A stretch of DNA of 64,000 bases from Chiloscyllium plagiosum (GCF_004010195.1 NC_057719.1:48992723-49056722), one strand, 5' to 3'; shown: positions 36,841-49,621, counted from the first letter of the stretch. Notes: generated by a model not told the origin, from the sequence alone. Made by a program: numbers and translations.

Positions 36841-37824
36841 CAATTTGCCAAATGATAAAAGACCTGAAACTACTTTTTTTGGTTCAGGTACACAATCAGC
36901 AAAAATAAAAACTGTAAGTTTCAAGTAATAGATCACAATCTATTGCTTTTTGAGGTCTACATGCAATCTTGAATGGTCAATAGTCAAACTTACAGTTAAC
37001 TTTATTACCTGTAAATAGAAATATTTCCAAAAGGTGTACTTGGAAATAGACTAGCAAGGTATTTGAACAATGGAACTGGTTTTATGCAATCATAGAAATG
37101 TTTAACCTGGAGCCTTGGGCTCAAAATGGCAGGGCTGGAGGGAATAGTGCACCTTGGGTGCACTGAAAATGAAAGGATTTTGGCTTGGTATAATGCGGAT
37201 CTTGGTGTGAAAATCAAGGCTGCTGCTATTAAATTCCAGAAATCTCAGTTACACCAAAATCAGGTGACTTCAGGCTGTGCTGCACCTAAATTGTGTGGCT
37301 TAAATCAACCATTATTACTTCCATAAATCCAAGAAACTCACATGAATTAACTTCTTATATGGAGGTGCAAAAAGACAACTACACTGCAAATGATTTTGCA
37401 GATCTAGCTTGTAAGTGGCATGAATAATTGAGGAAATTAATATAAAACAAACACAAAGCAGTTAGGCACATATTTCCTTGCAAAAATGCGCTGCTTATTC
37501 CCTATGGTATACCAGAAAGTTTTTTTTTTAGATTTTAGGCCAACATATTGCAAACTCTATTTTTATTCTCAAAGTATTGGGGTTATATTCAAGGTCAAGT
37601 ACTCCCTCAAGGAAGACATGATGAAAGGGTCATAAAATATCCTCCCCTCATTGGAACTATGTCTATCTGTATCCTCTTAAATCGATACTTAGTTTGCTAT
37701 AAGAATACTTATACTATCAACTTTTGAAATGGACACTTACCATATTATTAGCTACAGCCCTTATGTATCATCTAAGAAATTCTGATAACATGGCTGTAAT
37801 TCTTCATGCTCATTGAGCATGGGA

Positions 37825-40341
37825 TGGAACACAGGAATAAGAATATGCAATTCAGCCTACCAAGCCTGCTACACCATTTAATAAAATCATAGTTTATTGA
37901 ACACTTTACCAAGACTATTTTGATAACCCGTTATGCCATTAGGAATCAGAAATTGATCAATCTCGCCTTTAAACATACTGAAAGATTGAATTTCCACAGT
38001 TCTCTGGGGTACAGATTTCCAAAGATTCACAATCTTATGAGTAAAGTCAATTCTCCTCATCTCGATCTTGTGGCATTCTCCCTTATTTTTAAATTCTGGC
38101 TTCTGTTTCTAGATTCCCTGACAAGGGGAACCAATTTATCTACATCTACCCTGTTTATGCCTTTTAGGGATTTATAGATTTCAACGTGACCACCTCTCAG
38201 TTCTTCGAAACTCAAGAGACTACAGACCCAATTTACCTAATCTTTCTTCATGGAACAGTCCTGCCACTCATGGGAACAAATCTGCTGAAACTTGGTTGCA
38301 CTCCTGTGGCAATAAAATCTTTCCTGAGATAAGGAGACAGAAATTGCATACTCAAGATGCAGTCTAACCAAGCCTTTACACAACTGAAACAAAACTTCAT
38401 TATTCCTGTACTCAAATCCTCTTGCAACAAAGGCTAATATTCCATTAGCCTCCCAAATAGCATTTGGAAAAAATACAAAAGAATTGCGGATGCTGGAAAT
38501 CAGAAACAAAAACAGCAATTGCTGGAAAATCTCAGCAGATCTGGCAGCACCTGTGTACAGAAATCAGTGTTAACATTTTGGGTCTAGTGACCCTCCTTCA
38601 GAACTGATGGTAGCTAGGAAAATGTTGGTTTCTATGTAGAAGAGAGGGGAGAAAAAGGGATAAGGAGTAAACAATAGGGAAGATACAGCCAAAAGAGAAT
38701 GAAGGACAAAGGGGTGGAGAATGATCAGCCTAGGAGAATGAATAGCTGCTAATGGAGCTAACAACGAGTTATATGTGATAGCAGACCATGTGATAACAAA
38801 GTTAAAAATCACACAACATCAGGTTATAGTCCAACAGGTTTAATTGGAAGCACTAGCTTTTACAGCGCTGCTCCTTCAACAGGTGGTTGTGGATTTTTAA
38901 CTTTGTACACCCCAGTCCAACACCGGCATCTCCAAATCATGTGACAACAAGAGTGTGTTGCTGGAAAAGCACAGCAGGTCAGGCATCATCATGAAGAGCT
39001 TTTGCCCGAAATGTCGATTTTCCTGCTCCTCGGATGCTGCTTGACCTGCTGTGCTTTTCCAGCAACACACCCTCAACTCTGATCTCCAGCATCTGCAGAC
39101 CTCACTGTCTCATGTGATAACAAGGCCTGGTGTGTGGGGCTTGGGATTAGGACAAGGGAGAAGGTGCCTCAAGCCGTAAAATTGTTAAATTCAATATTGA
39201 GTCCAGAAGGCTGTAGAGTTCCCAAGCAGAAAATGAGGTGCTATTCTTCCAGCTTGTGCTGAGCTTCGCTGGAACACTACAGCTAGCTTGGGACAGAGAT
39301 GTTGGCCAGGGAACAGGGTAGTGTGTTGAAGTAGCAGGCAACTGGAAGCTCAGGGTCTTTTTTTTTTGCATAGGTGTTCCATGAAGCAGTCACCCAAACT
39401 ATGCTTTGTTTCCCCAATGTAGAGGAGGGAACATTGTGAGCAACGAATGCAATAGACTAGACTGAGAGAAGTGCAGGTAAAATGCTGCTTCACCTGGAAG
39501 CTGTGTTTGGAACCTTGGACACTGAAGAGGGTGGAAGTAAATGGGCAAGTGTTACACCTTCGGCGGTTGCAGGGGGAATGCGCCCTGGGGCTGTGGGGGG
39601 ATGTTGAGAATGAAGGAGGAATGGACCAGGATGTCCCAGAGGAAACAGCCCTTGTGAAAGTCTAACAAGTGAGAAAGGGGAACATTTGTCTGGTGGTGGC
39701 ATCCCACAGATGCTGCCAAACCTGCTGAGATTTTCCAGCAAATTCTGTTTTGTTTCTGGAAGTGCTCTGTATCTGTTCACCTTCAGTTAATTATTTTCAA
39801 GGACACCCAAATACCTTCACCCATATTCACTTTCCAACATTTTACTATTTAAGAAATACTCTGATATTCCAAAATGAATAACCTTACATTTTTTCTACAT
39901 TATATTCTATCTACTACATTCTTGATCATTCATTAAACCTATCCAAATCCTCCTGAAAACATTTCACATCTTTCTCATGACACATATTCCTGCTTAGATT
40001 GTTTCATCTGCCATTTGTGAATATTACGTTTGGGTCCTTTATCCAAATCATTGATAAATATTGTGAACAGCTGTAGTCCAAGTATGGAACTTTGTAGTAG
40101 CCCACTAGTTACAATCTGCCAACCCAAGAATGACCCATTTTTCCTGACTTTGTTTTCTGTTGAACAATTCCTAATCCCTGCCAGTATATTGCCTCCTGCA
40201 CCATGTGCTTTAATCTTGCTAACCAACCTCCTGTGGGGGAGCTTATAAAAGCCTTCTGAAAACCAAAATATACTATATCCACTGAGACCCCTTTATCAAT
40301 TGTGTTAGTAACATCCCTAAAAACTCGAATAAAGTTTGACA
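37825..40341 (-). mobile_element. Old CR1 LINE (pieces 37825-38460 and 39790-40341; a further piece at about 44806-44860), split by PLE and CR1 inserts
   Basis: Minus ORFs contain KGLVRLHLEY, GVSVDIVYFGFQKAF and GLLQSSILGLQLFTIFINDLD. Confidence 0.8.
38468..39757 (-). mobile_element. Penelope-like element with a GIY-YIG endonuclease remnant and inverted pLTR ends
   Basis: Minus translation of about 39370-39590 gives PCNRRRCNTCPF...FQVKQHFTCTSLSLVYCIRCSQCSLLYIGETK..LGDCFMEH. The ends CTGGAAAATCTCAGCAG and CTGCTGAGATTTTCCAG are inverted. Confidence 0.85.
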
Positions 40342-41142
40342 GTATTAGGCAAGAACTTTCAAAAGTTGATTGGGGCTGCAAAGCTTCACAGATAAAGGGA
40401 TGGCTGGAAAATGGGAAGCCTTCAAAAATGAGATAATGAGAGTCCAGAGACAGTATGTTGCTATTAGGGTGAAAGGCAAGGCTGGTAGGTATAGGGAATG
40501 TTGGATGATTAGAGAAATTGAGGTTTTGGTCAAGAAAAAGAAGGAAGAATATGAGGGTCAGGTACAGACAGCAGAGATCGAATGAATCCGTCGAAGAGGA
40601 TAAAGACAGTATGAGTACACTTAAGAGGGAAATCAGGAGGACAAAAAGGGAACAGAAGATAGCTTTGTCAAATATGGTTAAGGAAAGTTCAAAGCGATTT
40701 TATGAATACATTAGGGACAAATGGGGAAATACGGAGAGAATAGCGTCCCTGAAATGATTAGCAAGACAGACTATATGTGGAACAGCAGGAGATGGGGGAC
40801 ATGTTAAACAGGTATTTTGCATCAGTGTTTACTGTGCAGAAGGACACGGAAGATATAGAAAGTGGGGAAATAGATGATGACATCTTGAAAAATGTCCATT
40901 TACAGAGGAGGAAGTGCTGAATGTCTCAAAACACGTAAAGGTGGATAAATCCCAGTACCTGATCAGGTCATAGAGTCATAGAAGTGTATAGCACAGAAAC
41001 AGATACTTTATGTCCAAATCGTCCATGCCGGCCAGACATCTCAACCCAATCTAGTCCTGGCCCATATCCCTCTAAACCCTTCCTGTTCATATACCCATCC
41101 AGATGCCTTTTAAATGTTGCAACCGTACTAGCCTCCATCACT

Positions 41143-42688
41143 TTACAAATATATTAAGGACAAAAAGTTAACGAGGGAGAGAATAGGGCCCCTCAAAGAT
41201 CAGCAAGGCGGCCTTTGTGTGGAGCCACAGAAGATGGAGGAGATACTAAATGAATATTTTGCATCAGTATTTACTGTGGAAAAGGATATGGAAGATATAG
41301 ACTGTAGGAAAATAAATGGTGACACCTTGCAAAATGTCCAGATTACAGAGGAGGAAGTGCTGGATGTCTTGAAACGGTTAAAAGTGGATAAATCCCCAGG
41401 ACCTGATCAGGTGTACCCGAGAACTCTGTGGGAAGCCAGAGAAGTGATTGCTGGGCCTCTTGCTGAGATATTGGTATCATTGATAGTCACAGGTGAGGTG
41501 CCGGAAGACTGGAGGTTGGCAAACGTGGTGCCACTGTTTAAGAAGNNNNNNNNNNNNNNNNNNNNNNNNNNNNNNNNNNNNNNNNNNNNNNNNNNNNNNN
41601 NNNNNNNNNNNNNNNNNNNNNNNNNNNNNNNNNNNNNNNNNNNNNNNNNNNNNNNNNNNNNNNNNNNNNNNNNNNNNNNNNNNNNNNNNNNNNNNNNNNN
41701 NNNNNNNNNNNNNNNNNNNNNNNNNNNNNNNNNNNNNNNNNNNNNNNNNNNNNNNNNNNNNNNNNNNNNNNNNNNNNNNNNNNNNNNNNNNNNNNNNNNN
41801 NNNNNNNNNNNNNNNNNNNNNNNNNNNNNNNNNNNNNNNNNNNNNNNNNNNNNNNNNNNNNNNNNNNNNNNNNNNNNNNNNNNNNNNNNNNNNNNNNNNN
41901 NNNNNNNNNNNNNNNNNNNNNNNNNNNNNNNNNNNNNNNNNNNNNNNNNNNNNNNNNNNNNNNNNNNNNNNNNNNNNNNNNNNNNNNNNNNNNNNNNNNN
42001 NNNNNNNNNNNNNNNNNNNNNNNNNNNNNNNNNNNNNNNNNNNNNNNNNNNNNNNNNNNNNNNNNNNNNNNNNNNNNNNNNNNNNNNNNNNNNNNNNNNN
42101 NNNNNNNNNNNNNNNNNNNNNNNNNNNNNNNNNNNNNNNNNNNNNNNNNNNNNNNNNNNNNNNNNNNNNNNNNNNNNNNNNNNNNNNNNNNTTTACAAGG
42201 ATGTTGCCAGGGTTGGAGGATCTGAGCTACAGGGAGAGGCTGAACAGGCTGGGGCTGTTTTCCCTGGAGCGTCGGAGGCTGAGGGGTGACCTTATAGAGA
42301 TTTACAAATTATGAGGGGCATGGATAGGATAAATAGACAAAGTCTTTTCCCTGGGGTCGGGGAGTCCAGAACTAGAGGGCATAGGTTTAGGGTGAGAGGG
42401 GAAAGATATAAAAGAGACCTAAAAGATATAAAAGATATAAAAGAAGGGGCAACCTTTTCATGCAGAGGGTTGTACGTGTATGGAATGAGCTGCCAGGGGA
42501 AGTGGTGGAGGCTGGTAGAATTGCAAAACTTAAGAGGCATTTGGATGGCTATATGAATATGAAGTGTTTGGAGGGATATGTGCCGGGTGCTGGCAGGTGG
42601 GACTAGATTGGGTTGGGATGTCTGGTCGGCGTGGATGGGTTGGACTGAAGGGTCTGTTTCCATGCTGTACATCTCTATGACTCTATGA
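41143..42688 (+). mobile_element. Young CR1 'C' inserted into B, spanning an N-gap
   Basis: Open ORF2 frame 41219-41545 (LNEYFASVFT...KSPGPDQVYPRTLWEARE...PEDWRLANVVPLFKK), then [36 protein letters not shown] and a CTCTATGACTCTATGACT tail. Confidence 0.92.
41546..42191. other. Assembly gap (N run)
   Basis: Run of n characters. Confidence 1.
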
Positions 42689-44000
42689 CTTCCTCTGGCA
42701 GCTCATTCCATACATGTACCATGCTCTACGTGAAAAAGTTGGCCCTTAGGTCCCTTTTATATCTTTCCCCTCTCACCCTAAATCTTTACCCTCTAGTTCT
42801 GGACACACCCACCCAGGGAAGACACTTTGTCTATTTATCCTATCCATGCTCCTCATGAATTTATAAACCTCTATAAGGTCACCCCTCAGCCTCTGATGCT
42901 CCATCCCAGAACACAGTGGGAAGCCAGGGAAGTGATTGCTGGAACCATTGCTGAGTTATTAGTATCATTGATAGTCACAGGTGAGGTGCCAGAAAACTGG
43001 AGGTTGGCTAATATGGTGCTACTATTTAAGAAAGGAGGTAAGGAAATACCAGAGAAATATAGAACGGTGAACCTGACATTGTTGATGGTTAAATTGTTGG
43101 AGGGAACCCTGAGGGATAGGATTGACATGTATTTGGAAAGGAAAGGACTGATTAGGGATAGTCAACATGGCAAATCATGCCTCTCTAACTTGATTGAGTT
43201 TTTTGAAGAAGTGTTTTGAACATTTTTTATTTTTTAAAAGCTTTTATTTTTTGAAAGAGGATTGATGGGGGCAGAGCAGTGGACATGATCTGTATAGACT
43301 TCAGCAAAGCATTCCACAAGGTTCCTCATGCTAGACTGGTTAGCAAGATTAGATAACATGGGATACAGGGAGAACAAGCCATTTGGATACACAAGTGATT
43401 TGAAAGTAGAAGACAGAGGGTGGTGGTGGCGTGTTGTTTTTCAGACTGGAGCCCTGTGAGCAGCGGTGTGCCTCAAGGATCGGTGCTGGATCTACTACTT
43501 TTTATCATTAATATAAATGATTTGGATATGAACATAGGAGGTATAGTTAGTAAGTTTGTAGATGACACCAAAATTGGAGATGTAGTGGACAATGAAGAAG
43601 GTAACCCCAGAGTACAACAGGACCTTCATCAGATGGGCCAATGGGCTGAGAAGAGGCAGCAGGATTTAATTTAGATAAATGTGAGGTGCTGTATTTTGGA
43701 AAGACAAATCAGGACTTATATAGTTAATGGTAAGGTCTAGGGGAGTGTTGTTGAACAGAGACTTTGGAGTGCAGGTTCATAGTTCCTTGAAAGTGGAGTC
43801 ACAGGTAGTTAGAATAGTGAAGAAGGCATTCAGAATGCTTTTCTTGATTAGTCAGAGCATCAAGTGTTACGAGGTCATGGTGCAGCTGTACAGGATGTTG
43901 GTTAGGCCACTTTTAGAATATTGTGTACAATTCTGGCCTCCCTCCTAATGGAAGTATGTTATGAAATTTGAAAGGGTTCAGAAAAGATTTACAAGGATGT

Positions 44001-44340
44001 TAGAGTCAGAGAGTCTAACATGGGGATGTATAGCACGGAAACAACTCGTCCATGCCAACCAGATATCGCAATCCAATCTAGTCCCACTTGCCAGTACACG
44101 GCCCATATCCCTCTGAACCCTTCCTATTCATATACCCATTCAGATGCCTTTTGAATAATATAATTGTATCAGCCTCTGCCACTTCCTCTGGCAGCTCATT
44201 CCATACACGCACCACCCTCTGTGTGAAAGAGTTGTTCCTTGGGTTCCTTTTATATCTTTCCCCTCTCACCCTAAACCTATGCCCTCTAGTTGTGGACTCC
44301 CGCAGCCCAGGGAAAAGACCTTGTCCATTTATCTTATCCT
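44001..44340 (-). mobile_element. CR1 3' end 'D' inserted into A
   Basis: Minus ORF 44078-44269 contains FTQRVVRVWNELPEEV. A breaks at ACAAGGATGTT and resumes near 44345. Confidence 0.85.
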
Positions 44341-44884
44341 TTCTATTTGGATTGGAGGGTTTGAGCTATAGGGAGAGAATGAATAGGCTGGAGCGGTTTT
44401 CCCTGGAGCTTCAGAAGCTGCGGGGTGACCTTATACAGGCTTATAAAACCATGAGAGGCACAAACAGGATAAATAGACAAGATCCTTTCCTGGGTTAAAG
44501 GAGTCGAGAGCTAAAGGGTATACATTTAGGGTGAGAGGGGAAAGATATAAAAGGAACCTAAGGGGCAACTTTTTCATGCAGAGAGTAGTGTGTGTGTATG
44601 GAATGAGCTGCCAGAGAATGTGGTGGAGGCTGTTACAATTACAACATTTAAAAAGCAACTGGATGAATATATGAATAGGACATATTTAGAGGGATATGCA
44701 CCAAATGCTGGCAAATGGGACTAGATTAATTTAGGATATCTGGTCAGCATGGGTGAGTTGGACCAAAGGGTTTGTTTCTATGCTGTACATCTCTATGACT
44801 GTATAACTAAGTTTGTCAAACACGATCTTGCATTCATAAATGTGCGCTGGCTTTGCCCAAACAAATCATTTTAATTCAATCTGC

Positions 44885-46480
44885 AGGAATCAGTCCAGAA
44901 TATTTTTAGTTTGCTTAATGTCTGTCCTGGGAGAAATGTTAGAATTCAATATAAAGAATGTTCCAGGAGAGCACTTAGAATTACATGATATCATCAATCA
45001 CAGTCAATATGCCTTCATGAAGGGGAAATCATAACTAATCAATTCATTAATTATTTGAGGAGGTAACGAGCAGAAGAAAGGAAATAGAATCAGTGGATTT
45101 AGATTCTCAAAAATATTCAATAAACCACTGCACATAAGGCTACTTAATAAGATAATAGCCCATGGTGTTGTAGTGTATGTTACATGAATAGAAGATGAGC
45201 TAACTAATAGAAGATAGATAGCTGCGATAGAGGGGTTATTTTCAGTATTGAAACTGATAACTAGCCACAGGGATCAATGGTGAGGCATCAATTATTTACA
45301 ATATATATTTTTGGCTTGAATAAGAGTATTAAATACATTATTGCCAAGATGACACCACAAGGCTTCAGAGGGATACATATGGGTTGTCCTAGTAGGCATA
45401 AACTTGTCAGAGGGAATATATGGGAAAAGGTGAGGTTATGCACTTTGGGAGGAAGAATAGAAAAGCTGAATCTTATTTAAACAGAGAAAGACTACAAAAA
45501 GATGAAGAATTTGAAGTTCTCATGATGAGACATAAAATGCTGGCATCCATGTTCAGCAGCTGATAAGGAAGACAAATATATTATTGGCCTTTATTTCAAA
45601 AGAAAAGGAGTATGAAAGTCTTTCTAACACTAAAGTACCAGTCAGCCCACACCTGAAATATCCTGATCAGTTTTGGTCCCCTTATCTAAGGAAAAATATA
45701 CTAGCATTGGAGGCATACTGGAGAAGGTTCACAAATTTGATTCTGGGTGTGGAGAGATTTTCTTCTAAGGAGAGGTTGAGTAGGTTGTGATAAACTTACT
45801 CAATGGAGTTTAGAAGAATGAGAGGAGATCTTATTGGAAGACGTTAACTTATTAGGAGTATTGACAGCGTATATGTGGAAAGGTTATTTTCCCTCATGGG
45901 AGAGTCTAAGACCAGAGGGCATAATACACAGTAAGTGGTCACATACGATTAGATTCCCTACAGTATGGAAACAGGCCCTTCAACCCAACAAGTCTACACC
46001 GACCCTTTAAACAGTAACCCACCCAGACCCATTCCCCTAATTAATACCCCTAACACAATGGCAATTTAGCAAGGCCAATTCACCTGACCTGCACACATTT
46101 GGATTGTGGGAAGAAACTGGAGCACCCGGAGGAAACCCACACAGACACGGGGAGAATGTGCAAACTCCACACAGACAGTCGCCCGAGGCGCGAATCAAAC
46201 CCAGGTCCCCGGTGCTGTGAGGTAGCACTGCTAACCACTGAGCCAACGTGCCACCCATTTAAGACAGAGAGAAATTTTTTCCTCTCAGATGGCAGTAAAT
46301 CTGTGGAATTCTTTTCTGCAGAGGACTGTTGAGGCTAAGCCATTAAGTCTATTCATGACTGAGAAAGATGGGTTTTTAATCAGTGGAATTGAGTATTCCA
46401 ATCAATCAATCAGTCTCACTGAATTGCAGAGCAGATGTGATGGGCTGAATGACGTACTTTTATTCCTAAATCCTATGGTC
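44885..46480 (+). mobile_element. Old decayed CR1 LINE ORF2 and 3' end
   Basis: Peptides SQYAFMKGKS, QFWSPYLRKNILALE and AVNLWNS; tail GATGGGCTGAATG...CCTATGGTCT. Confidence 0.8.
45947..46256 (-). mobile_element. HE1-type V-SINE inserted in CR1
   Basis: GGAGCACCCGGAGGAAACCCAC...GCTAACCACTGAGCCA. Confidence 0.9.
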
Positions 46481-47685
46481 TTTGAATTTGAATTTGGTAA
46501 CCAATGCATTACTATCTGTACAGATGCCTCCTTCAAAATTCTGGACGTAGACTATCAGCTTCCAAGAGCTTATCAACTTTTAGCCCCATTAATTTCTCTA
46601 GTACAACTTTCTTCCTAATACTAATTAGATGGGAGATGGGAAGGCTGTTAAAATGACATAAGTTGCTGTTGGTTGGTGCCTGATTTCTTTTCTGACAATG
46701 CAGATTTGCTAGTGGCAGGAATGTTGGAAGCTAGGATATCTGCTGGGAGATCTGCTGGGAGGCCAGTTGAACCACTTTAGTGGCTAGTTAAAGATCACTT
46801 TCCACCTCTTGCATCAGGAGGGCACACCAACTCATAGGGACAGGTCAATGGGATAAATCTGGAGGCATCCCAGCTTGCTCTGGGGAGGGAGCATTTGATT
46901 GTGGCATTCCATGGTCCACAGATGTTTCCCTAATAGCAATAGCCATTCTTACAGTAACATGCTTCTGGTGCTTAGCAAATTCCCTCATTTCCCCAATGAG
47001 TTAGACCTTCCTTCATAGCTTCTGAGCATCCAGCAACCCCACTTGCTTTTCTTCTAGAACATTTGACCGTTGAGATGCCCGCTCACTGCATCTGCAGTGG
47101 TACAACCAATTCAGCAATGGCACCACGATGGCCCGTTGATTGGACCGACAGTTTTTAGGGATGGATTACTGTCCTTAGTAGATGGCAGTCCTAGCAATAA
47201 AATGTTTTCTTGTGTCTTTCTGCTACTGAAGTAGGGTTGCCTCCCACATTTTGTCCGTGGTACCTGAAATTCTGCCTTGTCCACAAAATGCAACTTCATA
47301 TCTCCTATTTAGGAGTCTAGGTTATTAATAGGTGACCAATAGTGGTCTCAGCATTACTTCCTGCTGGGCACTACTTCACAATTTCTGTCAGTCAAGAATC
47401 TTCCCTTAACGTCTATGCTTTTTCAGTTTTGAATTATCTTTCAATTGATTCTATCTCAGGATTCCTGACGACATGCACCCCAACCTTTAATCTCTTTTGT
47501 TGCACTTATTGAGGATTTTCTGAAAGGTGAATATCTTTTTAGACGTCTATTTTCTTTTTTGAAATATAGTCTCCATCTCAAGATGTTCTGTTACTTGGCT
47601 TTTAACAAAGATTCCACGTCTTTCCTACTTTTTGACATGAAGCTCAAGTTAGTGATTTTTGGGATTTGCACCTCAGGTTGATGGT

Positions 47686-48152
47686 AAGTATGTAAGTTAG
47701 CTCGCTGAGCTTGAAGGTTTGTTTTCAGACGTTTCATCACCATGACTGGGTAACATCATCAGTGAGAGTCTCCGGAGAAGCTCTGGTGGTATGTCCCGCC
47801 TCTCTATTCATAGGTCTTGGTTTCTAAAGGTGGCTGGTTTTTTTTTCAAGGGAAGGTAGATAGGGTCTAAGTCGATGTGTTTATTGATGGAGTTCTGGTT
47901 AGAGTGCCATGCCGCTAAGAATTCTTGTGTGTCTTTTGTGTGCCCTAGGATGTGTGTGTTGTCTCAGTCAAAGTGGTGTCCTTCTTTGTCTGTATGTATA
48001 GAAACTAGTGATAGTGGGTCGTGTCTTTTGGTGGTCAGTTGGTGTTCATGTAGCCTGGTGGCAAGTTTCCTGCTAGTTTGTCCGATGTAATGTTTTTTAC
48101 AGTTCTTGCATGGTATCTTGTAAGTGATGTTAATTTTGCTGGTAGTATCTAT
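47686..48152 (-). mobile_element. Penelope-like element 3' portion (GIY-YIG plus terminal repeat)
   Basis: Minus translation ITYKIPCKNCKKHYIGQTSRKLATRLHEHQ; homologous to 62735-63222. Confidence 0.85.
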
Positions 48153-48901
48153 TGCTCAATTCTGGTCATTTGTGACTCTATCTTTCGTTTTGAAGAAAGG
48201 AGTTATATTTGCTGTTGGCCAGTCCTCCAAATTCACAATTAGTTTATATTCTGTTAAGTTTTTCAAGCTTTGAAAGCTGTTGCCATCTCTCATTTTTTGT
48301 TGTAAGTTATGTCATGATACATCATTGCACAAGATTGACTTTATATTGCATTGTGTGTTGAGGGCAAACAATGTAAAAAATTTGTTAGTGTACAGGGCTC
48401 ACTATTAACTATCTGGAACAACAAATGTATCTATTATCTACCTTACTGGGACAATACAATTGCCTTATTATTCACAGTATCCTTTTATAGTGAATAAAAT
48501 CCCAGGAGTCAACTATACTCCAACCCTATCATGGAACACATTAAGCTTATAACTCTACACTCCAGACCTAATTGGTTTAAATTCAAAATCTGTCATTATT
48601 AGAAAAAATGGAAGATAATTGTAGAATCAAAACTGGAATGAGGTTATCCTATTTTCTTCAGGGTATTCACTTTGTGATGATTCTATAACATTTGAACTGT
48701 AAGATTAATTAATACAATGTTTCAAAGATTCTGTCACCAGCATTGGTTCAGTAACTAAACAAACAAATACGAAAGCTATTATCTATGCAAAATTTGTTGA
48801 ATCATCTGATATAGATTGTTGGCATTCATGTTTCCTTTCACCTAGTTTATCCCTTTGTACCAACTTCCCACTTCTTACGTACATTCCTTGGATTCTTTGT
48901 C

Positions 48902-49153
48902 TTTGTCTCAGAGGTTACAAACACCCTGTGTTTGTCCATATTTGTCTCAGAGGTCTCAAACACCCTGTGGTTGTCCATATTTGTCTCAGAGGTCTCAAAC
49001 ATTCCTGAAGAAGGGCTTATGCCCGAAACGTCGATTCTCCTGTTCCCTGGATGCTGCCTGACCTGCTGCGCTTTTCCAGCAACACATTTTCAGCTCTGAT
49101 CTGCACATCTGCAGACCTCACTTTCTCCTCAAACACCCTGTGGTTGTCCATAT
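48902..49153. repeat. Tandem repeat of about 39-40 bp (about 3 units) interrupted by a solo pLTR
   Basis: Unit TTGTCTCAGAGGT[TA/CT]CAAACACCCTGTG[T/G]TTGTCCATAT. Confidence 0.85.
49001..49128 (+). mobile_element. Young solo Penelope-like pLTR with a hammerhead-like core
   Basis: CTGAAGA-A-GGGC-TTAT-GCCC-GAAA-CGTC; flanked by a CTCAAAC duplication. Confidence 0.8.
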
Positions 49154-49318
49154 TCCAGCCCAATTGCATCAAGTAACCTCTACTTCTGACAGATAAAGTT
49201 GTGACTCCTATTCATGGTATTCTACCAACTGAATTAACTTTAGACATTACTATCTTATTATCCTTAACATTGTAACTTTTGCAGTGTTAAGCAGAATGAG
49301 GCTGTTGGTATTACCTTT

Positions 49319-49355
49319 CTTCAATTTCACTCCAGGAGCTGGAGTGAAATTGAAG
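49319..49355. repeat. Perfect 17-bp inverted repeat with a 3-nt loop
   Basis: CTTCAATTTCACTCCAG-GAG-CTGGAGTGAAATTGAAG. Confidence 0.95.
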
Positions 49356-49621
49356 TAGCATTAATCACTACTTGATTGGTGTGTAGAAAAGAGGGATTTT
49401 AGACAAAGTCTTGCTGGATAATTGAAGCTAGAGAGTTGTTATATGTGTCGGGGTTGGTGGGGTGTATGGTAGGTAGGAGTTTGGGAAAGTACTTCAAGTG
49501 CTTTACTTGTCCCTGACTTGTTCATTAAACCAGTCATGAATGCTGAGCTTTGCTTGCTCATTAGTGAAGACACAATCTCACAATATTTTACACTGGAGAA
49601 CAACAACAATGTGTATCTATG

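Larger units (their letters stand above)
40968..42900 (-). mobile_element. CR1 3' end 'B' (40968-41142 plus 42689-42900) inserted into A
   Basis: CATAGAGTCATAG tail at 40968. The sequence GCCTCCATCACTT resumes as ACTTCCTCTGGCAGC at about 42687. Confidence 0.85.
40342..44805 (+). mobile_element. CR1 LINE 'A' (pieces 40342-40967, 42901-44000, 44345-44805) with nested CR1 inserts
   Basis: Collinear ORF2 peptides include GEVPENWRLAN, GVPQGSVL, KFVDDTKIG and LVRPLLEYCVQFW. It has a CTCTATGACT tail and an AAGTTTG[A/T]CA duplication at both ends. Confidence 0.9.

Noticed and set aside
41219..42314. 356-aa and 273-aa ORFs as host genes
   Set aside because: They are CR1 ORF2 fragments inflated by the N-gap.
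46640..47390. GC-richer segment, possibly a decayed non-autonomous DNA transposon (similar segments at 37110-37330, 54390-54740 and 59580-59900)
   Set aside because: I could not define TIRs or a family by eye.
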